The translations under genes were made by a program, and so were the position numbers. Under the pieces are notes generated by a model that was not told the origin of the DNA, made no database searches, and saw only the letters and a list, made by a program, of their open reading frames with translations. 64,000 nucleotides of DNA from Gammaproteobacteria bacterium. Lineage in GTDB: Bacteria > Pseudomonadota > Gammaproteobacteria > UBA4575. The DNA lies in the NCBI GenBank assembly GCA_965243395.1, contig CBDEUS010000002.1:288001-352000 (forward strand). Reading direction: 5' to 3'. Of this stretch, positions 19,459 through 31,902 are shown piece after piece. Each line of letters starts with the position of its first letter. The stretch's first letter is position 1.

Positions 19459-21174
19459 TCAACTTGACTGTCGCAGTAATAAAGGTGTGGAACGATCATT
19501 AACAACAGAATTAATTTCAATTATGGTCTCACGGCCTGCCACGCCATCTACATCTAGACCCCGGATACGCTGAAACTCCATGACTCGCCACTTCAGTGTA
19601 GGATCAAAAGATAATTTTTTCTTTTCATCTGTCGAGACCGGCTTGCCTTCGATACGATCTAGTTGATCTCGTAACCAGGCAACATCTTTACCAATTAATC
19701 CTTCTTTTAAAAGTATGGATCCCGTTGGCGGTGGCCGCCACAATAGTAAATAGTTCCCAAACCAATATGGATCTACTTTTGTGGTTGCTGTTGTAACTAC
19801 TTTACCACCTATATTTAAACTTACTTGATTACCCTGTAAGGCTAATACAACGATTTGTTTTCTTTTGCCCGCAGGATTAATAATTTCTAATACTGCAGGT
19901 CTATTATGACGTCGTATTTGGTCCCAACTTGCTTTGCCAAAAATACAACTCAAATTTGCAGAAGTAGCACGTTCGCAAGCTGTGTCACCTTGCAACTCCG
20001 GATAAGAAAGACCCCAATAACTAAACAATGTAGTGAAAGCCTTGGTATTGTCCAGTCGTAAGCTGTCATCGTTAATTAAATTTAAAAAACTCGCTGTATT
20101 ATATTTGGGTGAAACAGGAGAAGTATTTATTACATTTTCTTGTTCTGAGGCATTTGAAATCGAGTTATTTTCCACTACAGCTTGAGAAGCTAAAGATTCA
20201 GTAGCAGCGTCATGTAGTTTTTGTGGAGGAGTTATTTCAGTATTTGTGTTGGCATAACTTTCCGGTGACGTTCTTGGCAAGAAACCCCAAATTGACAATA
20301 GCAATGCTGCAGCACCCGCAGCTATTGCGCCTCCCGCTACCCACTGCATGGGTTGAAAACGCTCAGTGGGTTGTAACACCTCACCTGCAGCTTTGCGTAC
20401 AAGGCCTTTATCAATACGGTGAACATTTTCGCCATATGCGCCCATCATAGAACGCTCACATATATTATTAATTAAACGTGGTACACCTCCAGACAACTGA
20501 TGCACTATGTTAATTGCACCGCTGGTGAACAACTCCCCTCTAAAACCAACGATCTGTAAGCGGTGACGAATATAAGAAGCTGTTTCTTCTTTTGATAATG
20601 GAGTCAAATGAAAGCGTGCTGTAATTCTTTGTGTAAGTTGGCGTAACTCAGGACGTGCCAGAATCGATTGTAATTCTGGCTGACCAATTAAAATAATTTG
20701 CAGTAGCTTTTGAGTGGCGACTTCTAAATTAGTTAACAAACGAATCTGTTCCAATACTTCTGCACGTAAGTTTTGTGCTTCATCAATAACTAAAACTGTG
20801 CGCTTACCTTGTGCATGTTGTTTTAATAAATATAAGTTTAATCGGTCAACTAAATACTTAAGACTGGTGGTTGATCTGCGATATGGAATATTTAATTCAT
20901 CGCAAATCGATGCGATAAGCTCTCGTGAACTTTGACGTGGATTTAAAATAAGTGCGACATTCACATGTTCTGGCATTTGCTCTAACACACTTCGACACAA
21001 CATGGTTTTACCGGTGCCGACTTCACCGGTTAACAAAATAAAGCCACCTGCTTCATCGGCTCCATATAAAAGATGCGCCAAACCATCACGATGACGAGGA
21101 GTTAAATATAAAAAGCGCGTGTCAGGAGTAATTTGAAACGGTTTATCTGAAATTCCAAAGAATTCTAAATACAT
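19459..21174 (-). CDS. exeA: ExeA/GspA AAA ATPase with peptidoglycan-binding domain
   Basis: MYLEFFG, LTGEVGTGKT, IDEAQNL, LIGQPEL, C-terminal FQ...GL.VDGVAG. Confidence 0.93.
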   Translation of the reverse strand: MYLEFFGISDKPFQITPDTRFLYLTPRHRDGLAHLLYGADEAGGFILLTGEVGTGKTMLCRSVLEQMPEHVNVALILNPRQSSRELIASICDELNIPYRRSTTSLKYLVDRLNLYLLKQHAQGKRTVLVIDEAQNLRAEVLEQIRLLTNLEVATQKLLQIILIGQPELQSILARPELRQLTQRITARFHLTPLSKEETASYIRHRLQIVGFRGELFTSGAINIVHQLSGGVPRLINNICERSMMGAYGENVHRIDKGLVRKAAGEVLQPTERFQPMQWVAGGAIAAGAAALLLSIWGFLPRTSPESYANTNTEITPPQKLHDAATESLASQAVVENNSISNASEQENVINTSPVSPKYNTASFLNLINDDSLRLDNTKAFTTLFSYWGLSYPELQGDTACERATSANLSCIFGKASWDQIRRHNRPAVLEIINPAGKRKQIVVLALQGNQVSLNIGGKVVTTATTKVDPYWFGNYLLLWRPPPTGSILLKEGLIGKDVAWLRDQLDRIEGKPVSTDEKKKLSFDPTLKWRVMEFQRIRGLDVDGVAGRETIIEINSVVNDRSTPLLLRQSS

Positions 21175-21456
21175 GCTGTATTACCTTGTTAACGCAAGCT
21201 TTTAAGGTGAACGTAATCTAGATAAGTTTCGACCCATTTTGCCAAAAAAGCGATGTCTTGGCCTTACTAATATACACGTAATCACATCTGTCTCACTTAT
21301 AATCGATACCGCTTATCGATATATGGGTGATAGATTGAGTACTAATCATTAACCATAACTACTACATATACATATTTCCCCAATCTTGGCCTAATTAAAT
21401 ACCATAAAAAATGTATAGATATTTTGTTTTCGACACAGGTACTTCAAAATAGGTTT

Positions 21457-21666
21457 ATGAGTTACAACAAAAACAAGTCAAAAACGAATACCCCCAAGCT
21501 TCCTCCCAAACCGAAGCCTCCGGAACCCTATGAATGCTGCGAACGTGGCTGTGATCCATGTGTTCACGACTATTATGCAAAAGCTCTGGCTCGTTGGGAA
21601 AAGCGAGTAGCAGAAATTGAAAAAAATGAACAGAGAAAAAGCGCCAGAAAAGCGCTCAGAAAATGA
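21457..21666 (+). CDS. Small oxidoreductase-like (Oxidored-like) domain protein
   Basis: PKPPEPYECCERGCDPCVHDYY matches the CCxxGCxxCV motif. Confidence 0.8.
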   Translation: MSYNKNKSKTNTPKLPPKPKPPEPYECCERGCDPCVHDYYAKALARWEKRVAEIEKNEQRKSARKALRK

Positions 21667-21938
21667 CCAATATTTACATCCAGAACAAATCAAATAACTA
21701 AAATTTCTAGTAGAAAAAATAGCTTCTAATAGCAAATATACGGTTAGTTATATACTATTACCCCCATAATAAAAAAGAATAACCACTTTACAAAAACAAA
21801 ATTCGTTAACGTAGCTCTTCAAAAACTTCCGCAATTTTCGCGTCATTAAATGCCAATGCGAATTTGGTTAGATGATTTTGTCGGTAAGCATTAATTTGCC
21901 GTTACGAATTTAGAGTGTCTACAAAGGAACTATCTACT

Positions 21939-23501
21939 ATGAAGATCGGTGTACCAAACGAAATTCATGAAAATGAATGTCGCGTAGCGATGACACCTGA
22001 TACCGCAGCACGACTCCAAAAACTTGGATATGAATGTGCAATTGAGGCTGGTGCAGGTGCGAGTGCTAACTTTACTGACCAAGCCTATCAGGATGCTGGA
22101 GTTGAAGTTGTTGCGGATACAAAACAACTCTGGGCTAACTCCGACATAATTTTAAAAGTTCGTGCCCCCGAACAAAATAATGCCTTAGGCATGCACGAAG
22201 CAGATTTATTAAGAGAGGGTGCAACCTTAGCCAGTTTTATTTGGCCTGCTCAAAACGAAGGTTTAATGGATCAACTAAAAGCGCGCAATGCAACTGTGCT
22301 TGCAATGGATTCAGTACCACGAATCTCACGTGCACAAAAATTAGATGCTCTATCTTCTATGGCCAATATTGCAGGCTATCGTGCAGTCATTGAAGCTTCC
22401 AATCATTTTGGTAGATTTTTCACAGGTCAAGTTACCGCAGCCGGTAAAGTTCCTCCTGCAAAAGTGATGGTGATCGGCGCAGGTGTGGCTGGTCTGGCAG
22501 CTGTTGGCACCGCAAATGGACTTGGTGCAATTGTACGTGCTTTTGATACCCGCCCAGAAGTTAAAGAACAAGTTGAAAGTATGGGCGCGCAGTTTTTAGA
22601 ACTCGATTTTGAAGAAGACGAAGAAGGTGGCACTGCTGGTGGCTACGCAAAAGTAATGAGTAAAGAATTTATTGAAGCGGAGATGGCATTGTTCCGTGAG
22701 CAAGCCAAAGAAGTCGACATCATCATTACAACTGCATTGATCCCAGGAAAGCCTGCACCAAAATTAATATTGGCCGACATGGTTGAATCCATGAAAGAAG
22801 GCAGTGTGATTGTAGATTTAGCTGCCGAGCAAGGTGGCAACTGTGAGCTTACTGTTCCAGGTGAAGTTGCAGTGAAACACGGCGTTACGTTAATTGGCTA
22901 TATGGATTTACCAAGCCGTTTAGCTACGCAATCTAGTCAACTCTACGGATCTAACTTATGTCATCTTTTAAATGACATGACGCCGGAAAAGGATGGCAAC
23001 CTGGTTGTTGATATGGAAGATGATGTGGTACGTGGTACCACAGTTATAAATAAAGGTGAAATTACCTGGCCACCTCCTCCTCTAGCTGTATCTGCGGCTC
23101 CAGCACAAGCCAAACCTGCAGAAGCTCCAGTGGCAGAAGAACCAAAAAAGAAAAGTGGGCTAGGCTTTGCAATTACTTTAGCGGTTGCAGCATTAATATT
23201 ATGGTGGATTGGAAAATCAGCTCCCGCTGAGTTCATGCAACACTTTACGGTGTTTGTACTGTCCTGTTTTATTGGTTACTGGGTAGTTTGGAACGTTACT
23301 CCCGCCTTACATACACCATTGATGAGTGTAACTAATGCGATTAGTAGTGTGATTATTATTGGTGCACTTTTACAAATTGGCAGTAGCGTACCGGTAATTT
23401 TAGGAATGGCTGCGTTCTCAATTTTTATTGCATCAATAAATATTGGCGGCGGCTTTACGGTGACGCAACGTATGTTGCAAATGTTCCGCAAAGAAGAATA
23501 A
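21939..23501 (+). CDS. pntA: NAD(P) transhydrogenase alpha subunit
   Basis: [37 protein letters not shown]; AAAGGA RBS before ATG 21939. Confidence 0.98.
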   Translation: MKIGVPNEIHENECRVAMTPDTAARLQKLGYECAIEAGAGASANFTDQAYQDAGVEVVADTKQLWANSDIILKVRAPEQNNALGMHEADLLREGATLASFIWPAQNEGLMDQLKARNATVLAMDSVPRISRAQKLDALSSMANIAGYRAVIEASNHFGRFFTGQVTAAGKVPPAKVMVIGAGVAGLAAVGTANGLGAIVRAFDTRPEVKEQVESMGAQFLELDFEEDEEGGTAGGYAKVMSKEFIEAEMALFREQAKEVDIIITTALIPGKPAPKLILADMVESMKEGSVIVDLAAEQGGNCELTVPGEVAVKHGVTLIGYMDLPSRLATQSSQLYGSNLCHLLNDMTPEKDGNLVVDMEDDVVRGTTVINKGEITWPPPPLAVSAAPAQAKPAEAPVAEEPKKKSGLGFAITLAVAALILWWIGKSAPAEFMQHFTVFVLSCFIGYWVVWNVTPALHTPLMSVTNAISSVIIIGALLQIGSSVPVILGMAAFSIFIASINIGGGFTVTQRMLQMFRKEE

Positions 23502-23516
23502 GAAGGGAGAGAAAAA

Positions 23517-24911
23517 ATGATAATGAATCCTCAAATGTTAGGTGCCGCGTATTTAGCAGCTGGTGCACTTTTTATTCTTAGCCTCAATGGATTAAGCCAT
23601 CAAGAATCTGCACGTCGTGGAAACCTTTGCGGAATCATAGGAATGATTATCGCAGTCGGTGCAACTATTTTAAGTGGCAGTGTCGGCAATCTGCATATCA
23701 TGTTTCCATGCATGATCATTGGTGGAATTATTGGTGCTGCAGTTGCGTTAAAAGTTGAAATGACACAAATGCCAGAACTGGTTGCTGGCTTTCACAGCTT
23801 AGTAGGACTTGCTGCTGTGTTAGTTGGATTTTCTAGTTATATGGATCCCAATTCAAACTTTGTGGGTACTGAAAAAGTAATTCACGAAGTTGAAGTTTAC
23901 TTGGGAGTATTCATCGGTGTTATTACCTTTACAGGGTCCATTATTGCGTTTGGAAAATTGAGCGCAATCATTGGCGGTAAACCTTTAATGATACCGGGCA
24001 GACACTGGATCAATTTAATTATGCTCCTTGTATGTATTTACTTTGGTTATGAGTTTTTGAACGCAGAAAGTCATAATGCTGGTGTATGGCCATTGATATA
24101 CATGACAGTGATTGCTGGCATTATTGGCATTCATTTAATCATGGCCATCGGTGGAGCCGATATGCCCGTAGTGGTTTCCATGCTGAACAGTTATTCAGGC
24201 TGGGCAGCAGCGGCCACTGGGTTCATGTTAGGTAATACTGCACTCATCGTGGTGGGTTCTTTAGTTGGTTCAAGTGGTGCCATTTTGAGTTACATAATGT
24301 GTCGAGCAATGAACCGAAAATTCCTTGCGGTAATTTTAGGTGGTTTTGGTACAGGTGGCGGAGCTGCAGCAGAAGCAGAAGAAGGCGAAGTTACAGCCAC
24401 ATCTGCCGAAGAAGTAGCGAGCATGTTAAAAGATGCCAGCAATGTAATCATCGTTCCCGGTTACGGTATGGCAGTTGCTCAAGCACAGTACACGGTAAGT
24501 GATATCACCAAAAAACTGCGTTCTAAAGGAGTTAATGTTCGTTTTGGCATTCACCCTGTTGCAGGTCGTTTACCCGGTCATATGAATGTTTTGCTTGCTG
24601 AATCCAAAGTGCCGTATGACATCGTATTGGAAATGGATGAACTCAATGATGATTTTCCAGACACCGATGTCTCGCTGGTAATTGGCGCAAACGACATCGT
24701 TAACCCTTCCGCACAAACTGATCCTAATAGCCCCATTGCAGGTATGCCGGTACTGGAAGTATGGAAAGCTAAAACATGCGTAGTGTTGAAGCGTAGTATG
24801 GCAACAGGTTATGCGGGTGTGGATAATCCTCTATTTATTAAAGACAACACTGAAATGTTGTTCGGTGATGCAAAAGATAGTATGGATGAGGTACTTAAGC
24901 ATCTTGATTAA
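23517..24911 (+). CDS. pntB: NAD(P) transhydrogenase beta subunit
   Basis: [43 protein letters not shown]. Confidence 0.98.
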   Translation: MIMNPQMLGAAYLAAGALFILSLNGLSHQESARRGNLCGIIGMIIAVGATILSGSVGNLHIMFPCMIIGGIIGAAVALKVEMTQMPELVAGFHSLVGLAAVLVGFSSYMDPNSNFVGTEKVIHEVEVYLGVFIGVITFTGSIIAFGKLSAIIGGKPLMIPGRHWINLIMLLVCIYFGYEFLNAESHNAGVWPLIYMTVIAGIIGIHLIMAIGGADMPVVVSMLNSYSGWAAAATGFMLGNTALIVVGSLVGSSGAILSYIMCRAMNRKFLAVILGGFGTGGGAAAEAEEGEVTATSAEEVASMLKDASNVIIVPGYGMAVAQAQYTVSDITKKLRSKGVNVRFGIHPVAGRLPGHMNVLLAESKVPYDIVLEMDELNDDFPDTDVSLVIGANDIVNPSAQTDPNSPIAGMPVLEVWKAKTCVVLKRSMATGYAGVDNPLFIKDNTEMLFGDAKDSMDEVLKHLD

Positions 24912-24932
24912 ATCTGTCATTTACTAGGTAAT

Positions 24933-24963
24933 AAAAAAGCACGCATAAAGCGTGCTTTTTTTT
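24933..24963. terminator. Bidirectional intrinsic terminator between pntB and ispB
   Basis: AAAAAAGCACGC-ATAAA-GCGTGCTTTTTTTT between convergent genes. Confidence 0.88.
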
Positions 24964-24998
24964 GCCTACTGCAAATTACAAAAGTGTATTAACTTAAG

Positions 24999-25967
24999 TT
25001 AATTTTTACGCTCTATCGCAAAATCTGCTAAATCTAGCAATGCATCTTTGTATTTATTGGCCGGCAATATTTCTATATGTTGCCTAGCCAATTGTGCCTG
25101 TTGGTTTGCAATACTTTCTGTATAGGCAATGGCATCTGTATCATCGATTACTTGCAAAATTTCATCCATGTTTTCCCTGCCGCCATTAATAATTGCATCT
25201 CGTATCATTGCAGCTTCAGATCCGCTACTATTTTTTAAGGCATAAATGAGAGGAAGAGTTGGTTTTCCCTCTGCAAGATCATCACCAAGATTCTTTCCCG
25301 TTTCCTCGGATGAAGCTTGGTAATCAAGTAAATCATCTTTAAGTTGAAAGGCAGTACCTATATATGTTCCATAGGCCGCACAAGCTTGTTCGATATTATC
25401 CGACTGGCCAGCTAAAATGGCTCCAAGTTGACAGGCCGCTTCGAATAACTTTGCCGTCTTGGATTGAATAACAGTCATATAACGTTCCTCTGTCGTTTCA
25501 GGATCGTTACAGTTCAGTAGTTGCATTACTTCGCCTTCTGCAATGGTATTGGATGCACGCGCAAGAATTTCCATCACGCGCATTTCGCCAACATCGACCA
25601 TCATTTCAAATGAACGTGAAAATACAAAGTCTCCAACTAACACTGTTGTTTCATTTCCCCAAATCGAATTTGCAGTTTCATTACCGCGTCGCATACTGGA
25701 TTCATCTACAACATCATCATGTAAAAGGGTTGCGGTATGAATAAATTCGATGATTGCAGCTGCGAGAAAATGTTTGTTACCTTCATAGCCGCATGCTTTG
25801 GCACAAAGGATGGCGAGCAAAGGTCTTAGACGCTTTCCCCCACTATTAATAATGTAATTAGCCATTTCATTTATTAATGCAACGTCCGAATGAAGATATT
25901 GGCGGATTGCAGCATTCACGCCTTGCATATCCTCGGCAACGAGGTCTTGTACCTGCTTGAATTCCAT
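24999..25967 (-). CDS. ispB: Octaprenyl diphosphate synthase
   Basis: GGKRLRP, HDDVVD, DDLLD, GKPTLP; divergent from rplU. Confidence 0.96.
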   Translation of the reverse strand: MEFKQVQDLVAEDMQGVNAAIRQYLHSDVALINEMANYIINSGGKRLRPLLAILCAKACGYEGNKHFLAAAIIEFIHTATLLHDDVVDESSMRRGNETANSIWGNETTVLVGDFVFSRSFEMMVDVGEMRVMEILARASNTIAEGEVMQLLNCNDPETTEERYMTVIQSKTAKLFEAACQLGAILAGQSDNIEQACAAYGTYIGTAFQLKDDLLDYQASSEETGKNLGDDLAEGKPTLPLIYALKNSSGSEAAMIRDAIINGGRENMDEILQVIDDTDAIAYTESIANQQAQLARQHIEILPANKYKDALLDLADFAIERKN

Positions 25968-26068
25968 AATGGCTATTAATAACTTGCTTGGAATGTACCT
26001 GGATGAGTTATTTGAGCTGTTTTTTTAGGTATATCATTACTATACAGGCCAATTTAAGGCATATTAGA

Positions 26069-26097
26069 TTGACCCACCAGAGGTGTATCGCTAGAAT
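26069..26097 (+). promoter_or_regulatory. Sigma70 promoter of rplU-rpmA
   Basis: TTGACC-N17-TAGAAT followed by a GC-rich discriminator. Confidence 0.75.
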
Positions 26098-26135
26098 TGC
26101 GCCTCTTTTTTAGACCCCTTAACGGAGAATCCAAG

Positions 26136-26447
26136 GTGTACGCAATTATCGCCACAGGCGGCAAACAATACCGTGTCCAGAAAGGAGACCAAATCAGGGT
26201 TGAAAAACTTGAAGGTGATCCTGGCGAGAAAGTCGAATTTAATCAAGTACTATTACTTGCAGATGGTGAAGATGTAACCATTGGTGCGCCATATGTAGAT
26301 GGCAGTAAAGTTATGGGTGAGGTTGAAGAACAGGCACGTGCTAATAAAATTGACATCATCAAATTCAAGCGTCGCAAGCATCACATGAAACGCATGGGAC
26401 ATCGTCAATCATTTACACAAGTCAAAATAACCAAAATTTCAAAATAG
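26136..26447 (+). CDS. rplU: 50S ribosomal protein L21
   Basis: GTG start after GGAG; [23 protein letters not shown]. Confidence 0.98.
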   Translation: MYAIIATGGKQYRVQKGDQIRVEKLEGDPGEKVEFNQVLLLADGEDVTIGAPYVDGSKVMGEVEEQARANKIDIIKFKRRKHHMKRMGHRQSFTQVKITKISK

Positions 26448-26455
26448 GAACAATC

Positions 26456-26716
26456 ATGGCACATAAAAAAGCAGGTGGTAGTACACGTAATGGCCGCGAC
26501 TCAGAGTCTAAACGGCTAGGTGTGAAATGCTATGGTGGTGAAGAAGTACTTGCCGGTAACATTATCGTCCGTCAACGTGGTACCCAATTTCATGCAGGTG
26601 TAAATGTAGGTTGCGGTAAAGACCATACTTTATATGCAAAAGCAGATGGCAAAGTAGTTTTTGAAACAAAAGGCCCGAAAAACAGAAAATTTGTGCGTAT
26701 AGAAGCGGTGCAATAA
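26456..26716 (+). CDS. rpmA: 50S ribosomal protein L27
   Basis: [24 protein letters not shown]. Confidence 0.99.
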   Translation: MAHKKAGGSTRNGRDSESKRLGVKCYGGEEVLAGNIIVRQRGTQFHAGVNVGCGKDHTLYAKADGKVVFETKGPKNRKFVRIEAVQ

Positions 26717-26740
26717 ATACTTATCTAATTTTTAAGTTTC

Positions 26741-26770
26741 AAAGCCCCGCATCGTCGGGGCTTTTTTTTT
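26741..26770 (+). terminator. Intrinsic terminator after rpmA
   Basis: AAAGCCCCG-CATCGT-CGGGGCTTTTTTTTT. Confidence 0.9.
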
Positions 26771-26774
26771 ATAA

Positions 26775-28941
<2,167 letters not shown>

Positions 28942-28959
28942 AGAGAAATTAAAGGCAAT

Positions 28960-29220
28960 TCACATTGCTTTAATACGGGCATTCAATCTACTCTTATGGC
29001 GTGCAGCTTTATTAGCATGAATAAGTTTTTTACTTACAGAAGAATCAATCACAGGAACCGCTGCTTTATAAGCTTCCGTGGCAGCATCTTTATCTCCTGC
29101 ATTGATTAAATTGACCACAGCCTTGATTTTTGTTCTGAGGTGAGAACGCTGCCCCGCATTATGTAGGCGATTTTTAACTGCCTGACGAGCGCGTTTTTTT
29201 GCTGATTGAATATTGGCCAA
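28960..29220 (-). CDS. rpsT: 30S ribosomal protein S20
   Basis: TTG start; [24 protein letters not shown]. Confidence 0.98.
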   Translation of the reverse strand: MANIQSAKKRARQAVKNRLHNAGQRSHLRTKIKAVVNLINAGDKDAATEAYKAAVPVIDSSVSKKLIHANKAARHKSRLNARIKAM

Positions 29221-29276
29221 AGTGGATCCTAATTCTTATTTATATATGAGATATAGTTGTTTCGTTAGGGTCGCGT

Positions 29277-29305
29277 ACTATGGTAGTAAGATAAAAAAAT
29301 GTCAA
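29277..29305 (-). promoter_or_regulatory. Sigma70 promoter of rpsT
   Basis: Minus strand TTGACA-N17-CATAGT. Confidence 0.6.
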
Positions 29306-29377
29306 CCCCAGAAAATCCAACCTTGAGCCCTATTTACCCCCTAATTTAGCCATATTTACACCCTATAATTACCCACA

Positions 29378-30940
29378 ATGGCAGAACATCGCGCCCTTTT
29401 TAAGTCCACTGCAGTCATCAGCCTGATGACCTTTTTTTCCAGAATATTCGGCTATATTCGTGATGCCGTGATCTTCATCTTCCTGGGTGCAACGGGGAGT
29501 ACAGATGCTTTTTTTGTGGCTTTTCGTATCCCAAATTTTTTGCGTCGGCTATTTGCCGAAGGCGCATTTTCACAAGCCTTTGTACCTGTACTTTCCGAAT
29601 ATAAAGAGAAGCATAGCGAACAAGAGCTCAAGAATTTAGTCAACCATGTTTCGGGTGTGCTGGGGTTAATCTTGTTACTCATTACAATCATCGGTGTTTT
29701 GGTTGCGCCCTTACTTATATATGTATTCGCGCCTGGCTTTGCTGATGAACCACAACGTTTTGATCTTGCAGGGCAACTGCTGCGTATCACTTTTCCTTAT
29801 ATTTTATTTATTTCTCTTACTGCTTTATCTGCGGGAATATTAAATACATTTAACAAGTTTGCCGTACCAGCCTTCACACCTACTTTTTTAAATTTATCAT
29901 TGATTGCAGCCACTTTATGGTTAGCTCCGATGTTTGAACAGCCTGTTGTTGCGCTTGCATGGGGTGTATTTATCGCAGGAGTTGTACAACTATTGTTTCA
30001 AATTCCTTTTTTATATCGGTTGGGATTGCTACCCAAGTTTTCGTTACATGGAGCAAGCGAAGGGGTTAGAAAAATAGGTCGATTAATGTTGCCTGCAATT
30101 TTTGGGTCCTCTGTTGTTCAGATCAACATTATTATTAACACGCTAATCGCATCTTTTTTAATTGCAGGAAGTATCAGCTGGCTATATATATCAGATCGAT
30201 TTGTAGAATTACCATTGGCAATATTTGGAATTGCTACGGCTACAGTCATCTTGCCGCGTCTTTCTAAACAGTTTGTAAACCAGTCAACATCCGGTTTTAA
30301 TCAAACGCTTGAGTGGGCATTGAAACTATCGATATTAATTGCCATACCGAGTACCGTCGGATTAATAATCTTGGCGAAACCAATCTTAACTTCACTTATT
30401 CAATATCGTGAATTCACACTACACGACACCAATATGGCATCTTTGAGTTTGATGACCTATGCATTGGGTTTGCCCGCGTTCATATTAATTAAGGTGTTAG
30501 CCCCCGGATTTTATTCACGTCAAGATACGAAAACACCGGTCAAAATCGGCATCATCGCCATGTTCTGCAACATCATATTAAACTTGTTATTTTTGTGGCT
30601 ATGGATCAAATATGAGTTACCGGGCCCACATGCAGCACTTGCGCTCGCCACATCGATTGCTGCCTATATAAATGCGTCTCTACTATTTACTACTTTGTTG
30701 AAAACAACAGAATTCAGCTTGAAAACCGGATGGTCAAAATATTTAACGCAGATTATTATCGCCAGCGCAGTAATGTTGTTCGTACTTTTACAAGTGTTGC
30801 CTGCTTCTCCTCAGTGGCTAGAGTGGACTGTTTTTTGGCGAATAGCTATTTTGCTGGGCTTTATGTTATTGGGCACAGTACTGTATATTGTCGCGCTGGC
30901 CATAGTGGGCATACGTAAAAAAGACTTTGTACTCCAGTGA
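29378..30940 (+). CDS. murJ: Lipid II flippase
   Basis: SRIFGYIRD, AFRIPNFLRRLFAEGAFSQAFVP, many TM helices. Confidence 0.97.
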   Translation: MAEHRALFKSTAVISLMTFFSRIFGYIRDAVIFIFLGATGSTDAFFVAFRIPNFLRRLFAEGAFSQAFVPVLSEYKEKHSEQELKNLVNHVSGVLGLILLLITIIGVLVAPLLIYVFAPGFADEPQRFDLAGQLLRITFPYILFISLTALSAGILNTFNKFAVPAFTPTFLNLSLIAATLWLAPMFEQPVVALAWGVFIAGVVQLLFQIPFLYRLGLLPKFSLHGASEGVRKIGRLMLPAIFGSSVVQINIIINTLIASFLIAGSISWLYISDRFVELPLAIFGIATATVILPRLSKQFVNQSTSGFNQTLEWALKLSILIAIPSTVGLIILAKPILTSLIQYREFTLHDTNMASLSLMTYALGLPAFILIKVLAPGFYSRQDTKTPVKIGIIAMFCNIILNLLFLWLWIKYELPGPHAALALATSIAAYINASLLFTTLLKTTEFSLKTGWSKYLTQIIIASAVMLFVLLQVLPASPQWLEWTVFWRIAILLGFMLLGTVLYIVALAIVGIRKKDFVLQ

Positions 30941-30961
30941 TAATAAATCTAATTCAACTAT

Positions 30962-31894
30962 ATGCAGCTCATCCGTCATATCCATTCCTATAAAAATAGC
31001 TCCAGTGGCTGCATAGCCACGATTGGAAATTTTGATGGAGTGCATCTGGGTCATCAAAAAGTTGTCTCCAAGATCGTTCAAAAAAGTAAAGAACTTAGCT
31101 TACCTTCTATGGTAATTACCTTTGAGCCCACTGCTAAAGAATTTTTCCTAAAAAAACATGCCCCCGCACGATTGACGAATTTTCGAGAAAAGTTTTGCCA
31201 AATTCATGAGCTGGGAATCGATCTATTTGTATGTCTTCAATTCAATAAAGAATTAGCGAATATGCCAGCAGAAGTTTTTATTAAAGATATATTAATAGAT
31301 GCATTACGCATCAAACATCTCGCCGTAGGAGATAACTTTCGTTTTGGAAAAGATCGCAAAGGTGACTTTGCATTACTTCAAGAATATGCAGAAAAATTTA
31401 ATTACGAAGTCAATGATACGCTAAGTTTTACCCACAATGATTTGCGTGTAAGTAGTACGCTAATTCGTGAATATTTAGCAAATGGCGCACTAAATCGTGC
31501 TAAAGAAATGCTTGGGCGTGATTATTCTATGTCCGGGCATGTTATACATGGTGATAAAAATGGTCGCACAATTGGTTTTCCAACTGCTAATATTCCTATC
31601 AAACGTAAAAAATCTGCAGTCAACGGCGTATTTGCTGTAGACGTATTAATGGAAAATGGTGAAAAACTTCATGGAGTTGCAAACATCGGGCATCGCCCTA
31701 CAGTTGGCGGTACACGAACACAGTTAGAAGTTCATGTTTTTCAATTATCGCACGAAATATATGGCAACCATCTTAGCGTAACGTTTCGAAAAAAACTTCG
31801 TGACGAAAAAAAATTTGACTCATTTGAAGAATTAAAAGAACAAATCAAACTTGATACTCAATCTGCGCAAGACTTTTTTGGTATTGCTGCATAG
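30962..31894 (+). CDS. ribF: Bifunctional riboflavin kinase / FAD synthetase
   Basis: TIGNFDGVHLGH, VSSTLIR, GFPTAN, LRDEKKF. Confidence 0.97.
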   Translation: MQLIRHIHSYKNSSSGCIATIGNFDGVHLGHQKVVSKIVQKSKELSLPSMVITFEPTAKEFFLKKHAPARLTNFREKFCQIHELGIDLFVCLQFNKELANMPAEVFIKDILIDALRIKHLAVGDNFRFGKDRKGDFALLQEYAEKFNYEVNDTLSFTHNDLRVSSTLIREYLANGALNRAKEMLGRDYSMSGHVIHGDKNGRTIGFPTANIPIKRKKSAVNGVFAVDVLMENGEKLHGVANIGHRPTVGGTRTQLEVHVFQLSHEIYGNHLSVTFRKKLRDEKKFDSFEELKEQIKLDTQSAQDFFGIAA

Positions 31895-31902
31895 TAAATT
31901 CC

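Noticed and set aside
21302-21320. ATCGATA-N5-TATCGAT palindrome upstream of exeA
   Set aside because: Single short palindrome with no assignable regulator and no recurrence noticed
21478-21735. 85-aa minus-strand ORF
   Set aside because: Antisense to the better-supported Oxidored-like gene
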